Position numbers and translations under genes: made by a program. Below are positions 25,330 to 36,334 of a DNA stretch of 64,000 nt, piece by piece. Origin of the DNA: Dendrobates tinctorius (taxonomy: Eukaryota); the NCBI RefSeq assembly GCF_039654945.1, contig NW_027361788.1, positions 9,982,001-10,046,000 of the forward strand. Direction: 5' to 3'. Numbering within the stretch: the first letter of the stretch is position 1; the number at the start of each line of letters is the position of its first letter. The notes under the pieces were generated by a model, which searched no databases, had not been told where the DNA came from, and saw only the letters and a program-made list of their open reading frames with translations.

Positions 25330-25959
25330 TATATATTACATATTTACAATTTATTACAGTTTTTTGTGTTCTAAAGTAGTATTCCAATAAATATATATTA
25401 TGTTCTAAATATCTTGATTATTGTATCATAAAAATGATTAAATATCTGATGTTCACATTGTACTACAAAAATTTATTGGAATTTTTCACTTAAATATAAG
25501 CAATATGTGGGAGTCAGAGTCGTGGAGTCGGAGTTGGTGTAAGGGAAATTGAGGAGTCGGAGTCCCAGGTTTGGCTTACCGACTCCACAGCCCTGGTGAA
25601 TACATCATAACACACTGCGGGGCAGGATCTGGGGCCTCCGCAACACGCAGGCGCAATAGCCTGATGTCTGTTCTCAGGCAGCACGCACTTCGCATGCCCG
25701 AGAACTCTTGTCACAGCGCAGGCGCCGGCATTCAAAACAAGAGGAAGCGGCGACGCACAGGGGCATCATGATGGACGGATGGTGGGCGGCGCCGAGACAC
25801 AGGACAGGCATGATGGACGGATGGTAGGCGGCTGATACAGGGGGACACACCATACCTATGGGACAGATTACAGGTATGAGGAGCTATTTATAAAAGTCGA
25901 TTTTTCAGCGTTACTAGGGGTCAGAAAAAGAAGAGCCACTTTCACAGAATGTAGCCTTA

Positions 25960-28612
25960 CACTGCGTGCAGAATTATTAGGCAAGTTGTATTTGATTCTT
26001 TATTGAACAACAACTATGTTCTCAATCAACCCAAAAGACAAATATCAAAGCGTAATATTTTTGGAAGTTGGAGTGGTTTTTTTTTAGATTTGGCTATCTT
26101 AGGAGGATATCTGTTTTTTCAGGTAACTATTACTGTGCAGAATTATTAGGCAACTTAATAAAAACCAAATATATACCCATCTCACATGTTTATTTTCACC
26201 ATGTGGTTCAGATCAGGTGAACAAGGGGGCCATGTCATTTTTTCTTCTTTTAGACCTTTACTGGGCAGCCACGCTGTGGAGTATTTGGATGCATGTGATG
26301 GAGCATTGTCCTGCATGAAAATCATGTTTTTCTTGAACAATACCGACTTCTTCCTGTACCACTGCTTGAAGAAGGTGTCTTCCAGAAACTGGCAGTAGGT
26401 CTGGGAGTTGAGCTTCACTCCATCCGCAACCCGAAAAGGTCCCACAAGTTCATCTTTGATGATACCAGCCCATACCAGTACCCCACCTCCACCTTGCTGG
26501 CGTTTGAGCCGGAGTGGAACTCTCTGCCCTTTACCGATCCAGCCTCGGGCCCATCCATCTGGCCCATCAAGAGTCACTCTCATTTCATCAGTCCATACAG
26601 TTGTGGCCAAAAGTATTGACACCCCTGCAATTCTGTCAGATAATACTCAGTTTCGTCCTGAAAATGATTGCAAACACAAATTCTTTGGTATTATTATCTT
26701 CATTTAATTTGTCTTAAATGAAAAAACACAAAAGAGAATGAAGCAAAAAGCAAAACATTGATCATTTGACACAAAACTCCAAAAATGGGCCAGACAAAAG
26801 TATTGGCACCCTCAGCCTAATACTTGGTTGCACAACCTTTAGCCAAAATAACTGCGACCAACCGCTTCCGGTAACCATCAATGAGTTTCTTACAACGTTC
26901 TGCTGGAATTTTAGACCATTCTTCTTTGCCAAACTGCTCCAGGTCCCTGATATTTGAAGGACCTGGAGCAAGCAGTCCAGTGCCAGAGGCAGCAAAGCAA
27001 CCCCAAAACATCAGGGAACCTTTGCCATGTTTGACTGAGGGACAGTGTTCTTTTCTTTGAATGCCTCTTTTTCTCCTGTAAACTCTATGTTGATGCTTTT
27101 GCCCAAAAAGCTCTACTTATGTCTCACCTGACCAGAAAACATTTTTCCAAAACGTTTTAGGCTTTTTCAGGTAAGTTTTGGCAAACTCCAGCCTGGCTTT
27201 TTTATGTCTCGGGGTAAGAAGTGGGGTCTTCCTGGGTCTCCTACCATACTGTCCCTTTTCATTCAGACGCCGATGGATAGTACGGGTTGACACTGTTGTA
27301 CCCTCGGACTGCAGGGCAGCTTGAACTTGTTTGGATGTTAGTCGAAGTTCTTTATCCCACATCCGCACAATTTTGCGTTGAAATCTCGTGTCAATTTTTC
27401 TTTTCTGTCCACATCTAGGGAGGTTAGCCACAGTGCCATGGGCTTTAAACTTCTTGATGACACTGCGCACGGTAGACACAAGAACATTCAGGTCTTTGGA
27501 GATGGACTTGTAGCCTTGAGATTGCTCATGCTTACTCACAATTTGGTTTCTCAAGTCCTCAGACAGTTCTTTGGTCTTCTTTCCTTTCTCCATGCTCAGT
27601 GTGGTACACACAAGGACAGAGGTTGAATCAACTTTAATCCATGTCAACTGGCTGCAAGTGTGATTTAGTTATTGCCAACACCTGTTAGGTGCCACAGGTA
27701 AGTTACAGGTGCTGTTAATTACACAAATTAGAGAAGCATCACATGATTTTTCGAACAGTGCCAATACTTTTGCCCACCCTCTTTATGTTTGGTGTGGAAT
27801 TATATCCAATTTGGCTTTAGGACAATTCTTTGTGTTTTTTTAATTTAAGACAAATTAAATGAAGATAATACCAAAGAATTTGTGTTTGCAATCATTTTCA
27901 GGAAGAAACTGAGTATTATCTGACAAAATTGCAGGTGTGTCAATACTTTTGCCCACGACTGTAGAACCTTAGAAAAATCAGTCTTAAGATATTTCTTGGC
28001 CCAATCTTGACGTTTTATCTTATGTTTCTTGTTCAAAGGTGGAAATTTTTAAGCCTTCCTTACCTTGGCCATGTCCCTGAGTGTGGCACACCTTGTGCTT
28101 TTTGATACTCCAGTAACGTTGCAGCTGTGAAATATGGCAAAACTGGTGGCAAATGGCATCTTGGCAGCTTCACGCTTGATTTTCCTCAATTCATGGGCAG
28201 TTATTTTGCGCTTTTTTTTTTTTTTTTTTATCAACACGCTTCTTGCGACCCTGTTGGATATTTGCCATGAAATGCTTGATTGTTCAGTGACCACGCTTCA
28301 AAAGTTTGGCAATTTCAAGACTGCTGCATCCCTCTGCAAGACATCTCACAATTTTTGACTTTTCAAAGTCGGTCAAATCTTTCTTCTGACCCATTTTGCC
28401 AAAGGAAAGGAAGTTGCCTAATAATTAAGCACACCTAATATAGGGTGTTGATGTCATTAGACCACACCCCTCCTCATTACAGAGATGGAAATCACCTGAT
28501 TTACATAATTGGCAGTTGGCTTTCAAGCCTATACAACTTGGAGTAGGACAACATGTATGAAAAGGATGATGTGATCAAAATACTGATTTGCCTAATAATT
28601 CTGCACACAGTG
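25960..28612 (-). mobile_element. Tc1-family transposon with LDGPDG motif (TRT/DD37E-like), internally deleted and interrupted
   Basis: TA TSD. TIR CACTG(C/T)GTGCAGAATTATTAGGCAA. Motifs WTDEMRVTLDGPDGW, FMQDNAP, SPDLN. The catalytic E region is deleted, so spacing is not confirmed. Confidence 0.85.
26598..27961 (-). mobile_element. IR/DR-type Tc1 transposon with long TIRs, internally deleted, nested in the previous Tc1
   Basis: TA TSD at 26596-7 and 27962-3. Long TIRs beginning CAGT(T/C)GTGG.CAAAAGTATTGACAC. ORF 27117..27647 (KTKELSEDLR...ARLEFAK). Confidence 0.9.
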
Positions 28613-28666
28613 TAGTGCTGCTGAAGGTGGCTCTAACTGAAAAACGCCCTGGCAGGTTCCCTTTAA

Positions 28667-29514
28667 GTCTCTTAAGAATAAAGTCTAAATTTTCATAGCT
28701 TTCCTTCAAGTGCATAGAATGCCCTACAGGCACTGAAGCATATTTGCTGCCATTGTGCAGTAGCACAGCTTTCAGACTTTTTTTCTTTTTTCTTTTTTTA
28801 CTCAATGTTACATTTTTCCATCAGCCCAGGAACATCTCTACAATGCACTAAAGCACCTTCTTGAGAAAAGTATGAAAGAAATTCCTTTTCTCTGCTGCCT
28901 TCCATACCATGAAAAACAGGTACCAGGAGCCAGCAGGTTCTTTGCCTTCAGTCTAAAGCCTAAAAGTTCTGAAGAACCTTTAGGAAGAGGTCCAAGTCCC
29001 TGACAATCATTTAATGCGTGCTGTGAAAAAACCTGTGGCTCATTAGGACTAGCGTGAAAGTTCTGGTCACAATCCTGCTCTTCATGTTCCGAATAAAGTG
29101 TATCTTCACGTTTCTCTGGTGGTGAAGGGTCAGGTATTCCGGAACCAGTATAAATTGTAATGGTATGTCCGGGTATATCATTTCCTTTCCTTATTTTTAA
29201 GGTTGAATCCTTCCGTGTTGCAAGTTCAAAAGTAGCAGTCATCACTATGATTTTACGCATCCCTCCAGATCATAGGCATGCCAAAATAAAAGCTTTTTTT
29301 CTTCCCTTTAGACCACGGTTGTAGTTCTTCTACATAGACAGAAAACACTACAAGTGGAGCCCACCACCTGTCCTTACCACCTAGTTTTACACCGAAGTAC
29401 GTATAACATTTTTCTAACCAAGTCTGTAATGTTCCTTCATTGTTTCTTCACTACAAAACAATCGCAAATGTGGCCAAAATTGCTGGGTGAATTACGACAC
29501 CCCCTTGTAGCCAT
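28667..29514 (-). pseudogene. Chapaev3-like (CMC) transposase relic, N-terminal half
   Basis: Reads MATRGCRNSP..ICD, YFGVKLG.KD.WWAP, SELLGFRLKAKNLL and SLKAVLLHNGSKYASVPVGHSMHLKESYEN, with stops and frameshifts. Confidence 0.8.
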
Positions 29515-30039
29515 TTAGCTCATGTTAGAAACCAAAGCTTAATGCACCATAACCACTATAGTAAATACTGAAAGGAATTTTGGTAAGCAGTGCCGCTACA
29601 CTCTTATGAACTCAAAGAAAATCCGCCTTTGTTCCCCATAGCAAACAATCAACTGATGGAGTCAGAGTTTGTGGAAAAAAAAGCCGGATTACTTACCGGT
29701 AATGCTCTTTTAATGAGTCCACGACAGCACCCACTGGAGGTATCGGATCCGCCCATTTGGAACAGGAAACCCTACAGGAAAGATAAAAGGGGCGGTCCGC
29801 CTTTCCTCCTCAGTTTTTCGTTTCAGAGTACCAGAGGGACCGCCAAGGATTAGGCAATGTTCTCTTATTTTAACATCTTTCTTATCCATTATTTGGTTAA
29901 TATACTTTAACTATTGATATCCTTAGGGGGGGAAGTGAACGGGTGCTGTCGTGGACTCATTAAAAGAGAATTACCGGTAAGTAATCCGGCTTTTTACTCT
30001 TCGCCACGACAGCACCCACTGGAGAGATTCCAGAGACCA

Positions 30040-31470
30040 TCACCTGGGTGGGACCACCGTGCCAAGGATAGTCCTGCCAAAGCTTAAGTCAGAGGTTGAT
30101 GAAAGATCAAGTCTGTAGTGGTTATAGAAGGTAGAAGGGGATGACCAAACTGCCGCCTTACATATAGTTTCAATCGGAACATCTCCCTTTTCCGCCCAAG
30201 AGGTTGCCATTGCCCTGGTGGAATGCGCCCTGATGTTCCCTGGAGGATCTTCGTTTTTTGCGGAGTAGGCTAAACGAATGGCCTCTCTGATCCACCGGGA
30301 AATGGTGCTCTTCGTGACTCCATACCCCTTCTTACAGCCCTGAAATGAAACAAATAGGGCCCTACTCTGCCTCCAACTGTTGGACCTCTCAATACATTTC
30401 AGGACAGTTCTTTTGACGTCCAGAGTATGGAACTTCTGCTCTTCCGGAGTAGAGGGATTTTTATAGAAGGTTGGGAGGAGTATCTCCTGAGATCTATGGT
30501 ATTTTGTTGCCACTTTTGGCAGGTAGGCAGGGTCTGGTTTTAAAACCAATCTGTCTTGGTATTCTTGGAAAAAAGGTGGATCTATTGACAAGGCCTGGAT
30601 ATCACCCACTCTTCTAGCTGAGGTCAGTGATACTAAGAGGGCCATTTTAAGTGCTAAGTATTTGAAGGGTATTGTGTCGATCGGCTCAAAGGGGTCTACC
30701 GTTAGGGCGTCTAAGACCAGATTTAGATCCCATGTAGGGACGGAGGGTATGTGGATTGGAGCTATTCGTTCACATGCTGTAATGAAACGAGTTATCCACT
30801 TGTTGCTTGCTATATTATGGCCATATAGTGCTCCTAATGCCGATATTTGTACTCTCAGTGTATTTACTGCTAAGCCTAAGTCTTTCCCCTTCTGCAGAAA
30901 TTCCAAGATTGGGATTATCGGAACTTCTGCTGTATGAGGTACTGTATGGAATTGAAGAAATTTTTTCCATATTCTAGTGTAAATTTGGGTTGTGGACTGT
31001 TTTCTACTTTGTAGTAGTGTAGTAATTAAGGACTCCGAGAATCCTCTTGTCCTCAATAACTGCCTCTCAAATTCCACGCCGTCAAGTGCAAGCTGAGCAC
31101 TTGAGGGTGGAAAAAGGGGCCTTGGGAGAGTAGATTGGCAGTCGGAAGGATCCAAAGATCTGTTATTGACATAATCTGCAGCCACGAAAACCACGGTCTT
31201 TTTGGCCAGAACGGTGCTATTAAGATTATTCTTGCTTTGTCGTCTCTGATCTTCCGAATTACTTGAGGTAGGAGGATCAATGGAGGGAACGCATACGCCA
31301 GGTTGAAATTCCATGGAGTCAGAAAGGCGTCCAGTATGTCTGGGTGATCTGACGGAGATAGGGAGGCAAATGTTTTTATCTGCCTGTTCTCCTTCGTGGC
31401 GAAAAGGTCCACCTCGGGTTGTCCCCATGAGGCTACTATGTCCCTGAAGACCTTCCGATTGAGGCACCAC
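30040..31470 (-). CDS. DIRS tyrosine recombinase (ORF3), overlapping pol
   Basis: TSARRV, AHSTR and TFYNHYRL catalytic-type motifs in an open frame. True start uncertain. Confidence 0.9.
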   Translation of the reverse strand: MVPQSEGLQGHSSLMGTTRGGPFRHEGEQADKNICLPISVRSPRHTGRLSDSMEFQPGVCVPSIDPPTSSNSEDQRRQSKNNLNSTVLAKKTVVFVAADYVNNRSLDPSDCQSTLPRPLFPPSSAQLALDGVEFERQLLRTRGFSESLITTLLQSRKQSTTQIYTRIWKKFLQFHTVPHTAEVPIIPILEFLQKGKDLGLAVNTLRVQISALGALYGHNIASNKWITRFITACERIAPIHIPSVPTWDLNLVLDALTVDPFEPIDTIPFKYLALKMALLVSLTSARRVGDIQALSIDPPFFQEYQDRLVLKPDPAYLPKVATKYHRSQEILLPTFYKNPSTPEEQKFHTLDVKRTVLKCIERSNSWRQSRALFVSFQGCKKGYGVTKSTISRWIREAIRLAYSAKNEDPPGNIRAHSTRAMATSWAEKGDVPIETICKAAVWSSPSTFYNHYRLDLSSTSDLSFGRTILGTVVPPR

Positions 31471-33101
31471 TCTCCTTGTCGTAGAGTGTGTCGGCTTAGG
31501 AAGTCTGCCTTTTGATTGCTCTCGCCTCTGATATGAAGGGCCGAGAGGGACAAAAAATAGTTTTCTGCTAAGTTTAAAATTCTTGACGCTGAAGACATCA
31601 GAGTCTCTGATCGAGTTCCTCCTTGTCTGTTTATATATGCCACTGTGGTGGTGTTGTCAGACAGGATCCTTACATGCTTCTGTTGGAGCTGCGGAAGGAA
31701 GTTGTATAGAGCATAGAACACTGCAGTCAGTTCTTTTAAATTAGATGAGTAATCGCATTCCTCTCTACTCCACCTTCCCTGATGAAACCCATTCTCCATG
31801 TGGGCTCCCCAGCCCTGGGGACTGGCATCGGTGGTTACGATACAGGATGGAACTATAACCCATGGAACTCCTGAACATAAATGGTTATCGTCTAACCACC
31901 ACTCTAGGGAAGTCAAGACTTCTTGTGACAGGGTTATTTTGCTCTGCAAATGACCACTATGTCGCTTATCCTCTTGGAGGATCTGGTGGTGTTGTAGCGT
32001 ACGGACATGGTACTGGGCCCACCGGACTGCCGGGGTGCAAGAATTTAGTGATCCTAATAGTGACATTGCTTCTCTCAAGGATACACGTGGTTTATCTATA
32101 GCTGCTTGTATTTTTTGTTTTGTGAGGGTGATTTTTTCCCTGAGGTAGTAGACATCTCTGGGTCAAGGAATCTAGATGAAATCCCAGAAATGTCTGGAGA
32201 GATTGCGGATCGAGTCTGGACTTTTGGATATTGATGATCCAGCCAAGGCTCTGAAAAGGGGAGATTGCGTCAGTTACGCGTTCAGTACATTGACTGAATT
32301 CCCAATTATTAGGAAGTCGTCTAGATATGGCACAATTAGTGTGTCTTTTTGGCGAAGGTAGGCCATCACTTCTGCCATCACCTTGGTAAATATTCTTGGT
32401 GCCGTGGAAAGCCCGAAGGGCATTGCCGCGTATTGGAAATGACGAATCCTTCCCTCGACTTCCACTGCGACTCTTAGGTATTTCTGGAATCTGTTGTGTA
32501 TAGGGAGATGATAATAAGCATCTTTTAAATCAATCCCTGCCATTACGCAATTTGGGAAAAGAAGCTTTATAGTGGATCTAATTGATTCCATTTTGAAATT
32601 ATAATTTTTTATAAATGAATTTAGCTTCTTTAAATTAATAATGGTTCTAAACGTACCGTCTGGTTTAGGCATCAAAAACAGGGGAGAGTAAAAGCCTCTA
32701 CCCTGTTGTTCCTCAGGGACGTCAACTAAAACTTTTTTAGCTAGTAGGACTCGAATCTCGTCTTCGAGAGCCTTTTGCTGAAGTGAGGAATTAAGGCGAG
32801 TTATAACAAAGAACTCATAGGGGATCCGAAGGAATTCAATTTTTATTCCTTCCTTGATTATGTTCAAAATCCATGGGTTTAACGTAATTTGTTCCCACTT
32901 GGTAAAAAAAATTTTTAATCTACCCCCAACTGGTGGGTCTAAACTCTTAATTTTTATCTCTCCTATATGTTGGCCCTCTGAAGATGGTACCCTTCTGCTT
33001 TTCGTCTTTCGTGGCCCATCTGTTCGTTCTGTCCGATTGCCTTCTTCTCCCGAATGGCCGTCTTTTAAAGGTTTTCCTATAAAACGGAATGGGAGAATCA
33101 C
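31053..33101 (-). pseudogene. DIRS pol (RT, RNase H, adenine-methyltransferase-like domain), frameshifted
   Basis: IDLKDAY, MPFGL, YLDD; TTDAS, SDN; VDLFA...AYAFPP. Broken between about 32080 and 32290. Confidence 0.9.
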
Positions 33102-34421
33102 TTGAAGGCCTTTTTCCTTTCTTTTGCCTTGTCGAGAATTTCGTCTAAGGCTTTTCCAAAGAGGAACTCACCCTCGCTTGGGGTTGCACTAATTTTGGAT
33201 TTTGATTGTGCATCCCCTTTCCAGCTCTTTATCCACAGCGCGCGTCTGGCGTTATTCACCAGGGCTGCCGACCTCGCTGCCAGTCTTAGGGTGTCCGCTG
33301 AAGCGTCTGCCATAAAGGCAGCTGCACCTCTTATCAACGGGATGGCTGCACGCAGTTTCTCCCTTGACACTCTTTGCTCAATCTGCTGGTCTAATTGATC
33401 TAGCCATACCAGCATTGATCTAGCAGTACATGTGCTGGCTATTGCGGGTTTGAATACCCCGGTGGTGGATTCCCAGGACCTTTTGAGCGAAGATTCAGCC
33501 TTTCGGTCTAATGGGTCTGCTAACAATCCTGCGTCCTCGACCGGGATCGAGGTCTGTTTGGAAGTGGAGGATATGACGGCATCCACCTTTGGTACTTTAG
33601 TCCATTTTAATAGATCTTCATCAGTGAACGGGTATTTCCGTTTTGAAGCTGATGGGAGAAAACCCCTCTGGTCGTGTTTCTCCCACTCTCTTTTGATGAG
33701 GTCCTTAATTGCCGGTATCACCGGAAATGATCTCCTCTTTTTCTCTGCCAATCCCGCAAACATAATGTCCTGCGCGGTTTGGGCTCCCCTTTCTTCTTCA
33801 CATCCCATAGTATTTCTAACCGCTTTTACAAGGTTATCTACGCTGTCCAGTGGAAAACATGCGCGTCCTTCCATCTCCGAGGATGACGATGAGGACGTGG
33901 ATGCGGAGCCTGAGTTTAACTCCTGTTCTTCCTCTGAGTCTGAACTAACAATGACCTGTTTCTTATGACTGGACTCTGCGGGAGTGCTGGCGCGGTTGAT
34001 GGCTTGTATTTCCTCCCTAATTATGGCTCGGATCTCTTTGGAAGATATCGTCGACCCCTGCCTGGTCTCTTTCGTGCATTGTTTGCAGAGTTTTTTGGGG
34101 TAGGAGTCAGGGAGAGGATCTGAACATAATGCGCATTCTTTATGTTTAGTTTTTTCTTTTTTCTTTGACTGAAGTGAGAGGTCAAAGGTAAAGAGAGAGG
34201 GGGGGGGGGGGGAGGGAGGAGGTTAGCTTAATAGGTAGAGTATATACTTTGCACACTCACCCAGTGAAGCTTAATACCGGGTCGGATGGCTGAGACGGTC
34301 TGGATCGGGTTTCTGCTGCCTCGCTCCTGCGGGCAGTCTCTGTCCTGGCGCTGCGGTCCCTGGTGGAGTTGCCCCCAGCTGAATCCCCTGCTGGGGTTTG
34401 CGACTCTGCGGGGGACGACAT
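33098..34421 (-). CDS. DIRS gag/ORF1 (LAP2alpha-like), predicted exons 34421-34278 and 34168-33098
   Basis: The frame of ORF 33098..33874 stays open up to 34168 and includes CALC..CKQC. Upstream ATG at 34421. The splice is inferred. Confidence 0.7.
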
Positions 34422-36043
34422 GGTTCCAACGATGCAGCGCTGTTTTATCTTTCTTCTTGTCGTGCCCCCGGAAGTCGCCCTGTCACAGGGCGCATGCGCC
34501 GCGTCATCGCCATCCTACCCCGGAAGTTCAACCATTACTTCCGGGGTATAGGAGCGTCGGGTGCCGGCCGGCTTCCGCGCCACCGCTACTCACACGTGCG
34601 GCTCGCGCGCTCATGGCCTCACCTCCACGCTATATCCCCACCGATTGGGGGGGATCCCCCGGATGCCGGACCGGCCCGGCCTGCTCCCTGGTAAGACCGG
34701 GCGGCCCTCCCCGGACCCGGTCATTACCACTATGCCACCAGACGAGGGGGGAGCCGTCAAACGGAATCTCCCCCGACGCTGCTTTCGGACCGCAGCCCCT
34801 GCCGTTCCCGAGGAGACCGCACAGGCGGATGCATGGCCCGGGTAAGATCCTGCAGGATCCTGCTCCATTTGGAACAGGAAACCAAAACTGAGGAGGAAAG
34901 GCGGACCGCCCCTTTTATCTTTCCTGTAGGGTTTCCTGTTCCAAATGGGCGGATCCGATACCTCCAGTGGGTGCTGTCGTGGCGAAGAGTAAAATAAGAT
35001 TTTTTTTTTGCTATTTTTCAGTGATCGAAAGTGTATAAAAATCAGCTCTTACTTTTCAAACAAATTTACCCTTCCGGACCAGAGTAATTATAGAATATTT
35101 TTTTTTATTAACGATTTTAGCGGTTTAGATTTCTTTCTTCCAAAGCTTGGGGAGCTCTTCTATACAGGACTTGCACTTATTCATCAAAGAAAAAGTAAAA
35201 AAATATAAAACACACAACTGTTTATTTGGAAATATGTGCATTAACCACGCTGTGGCACATTTGTTTTTATTGGGTATTATTGCAGGACCCGGTGCATTAG
35301 CCACGTCAACAATTTTTGGTCGCCTCTTATCTCGCGGCATCTGCTGCTGTTCTTTTGATTCACCGGCCTGATGTGACATCATTGCTGTGTGACACGTGAC
35401 ATCATGTCTTCAAAAGATCCGGGGATGCCGACAGATAAGAGTGTGTACTTAGGCGTCCTGTCCAGCAACCACAAGTTTCGGAACCACCTGCAACAGAAAT
35501 CCGTGTCACCCTTGGATTTCTGCAAAGGAACCTCTTGCAAAACCCATATCACATGTGGCATAGGTGTGCTTAATGAACATGCAGATTACTAGACGTGCCA
35601 CAGCTTGGACCCCAACCAATTCCAAAAATGGGGCTGTCCGATTTTGGGATCCCAGGCAATCAGCAAGTGATCACCTAACCTGTGGATTGATAATTTGTAT
35701 TTATGGTACAGCCCATAAATTGTCATTACACACTTATCTACAACACATTCCCAGGCGTCAGACATCGGTGAGACATGCCCCCAGTATGGGCTGTGATATA
35801 TGGAATTGGTGGCGAGTCTCCTGACCCGAACTGGGCAGCCTCGGGGGTACACAGGAGACTTTCAAGTTCAGGTCGGGATACCAGTGGTCAATCCACACAT
35901 GGGATGCGTTTCATGGATATCTGAATGAGGCCCTACTGCACTCACTTCTTTATAGAGCATTTTTAACCATTCTGTGGCCACTGTCGGACACCTACATCAT
36001 AAGCGACAGTTGTGACCTCCAACACTAAGGCTGCTCATTTTAC

Positions 36044-36139
36044 CTGTCCATGGATATCTCCGCACACTGTCACTGGAGTAGATACGGGCTGAACGTTGGA
36101 CTCTTCCAGTAGCAGATCACACACATAATCACATAAACG
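36044..36139 (-). CDS. ppp6c: PPP6C coding exon 2 (96 nt)
   Basis: Encodes [32 protein letters not shown] (GDxHG motif). CAG acceptor, GTAAAA donor. Confidence 0.97.
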
Positions 36140-36334
36140 CTGCAGGGAGAAAAAGAAAAAAGCAGATTATATTAATGCATGCAAGGATATACACGTAAAG
36201 ACCAAATCCACAAAGAAAATGTTACATCCATTATAATTACTGTTATACTGACCCAATCACAGAATGTTCCAGGAGTCGTCACTCTGGAAGGGTCATCTGA
36301 AGCCAAATCCCATGCGGTGGTCTCAACAACAGGC

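Larger units (their letters stand above)
17186..25595 (+). mobile_element. hAT DNA transposon, decayed and interrupted
   Basis: TIR CAGGGCTGTGGAGTCGG / CCGACTCCACAGCCCTG. 8-bp TSD GTGAATAC at 17178-17185 and 25596-25603. Confidence 0.92.
16839..28662. mobile_element. Palindromic Kolobok/T2-like MITE expanded to 11.8 kb by nested insertions
   Basis: ttaa|agggaacctg ... caggttccct|ttaa. Left arm 16839-17180 mirrors 25604-25957 plus 28615-28662. Confidence 0.85.
29680..34993 (-). mobile_element. Complete DIRS1-type tyrosine-recombinase retrotransposon
   Basis: Inverted terminal repeats at about 29719-29817 and 34885-34983. ICR 29941-30024 is complementary to both termini. Contains gag, RT/RNaseH/MT and YR ORFs. 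Confidence 0.96.
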
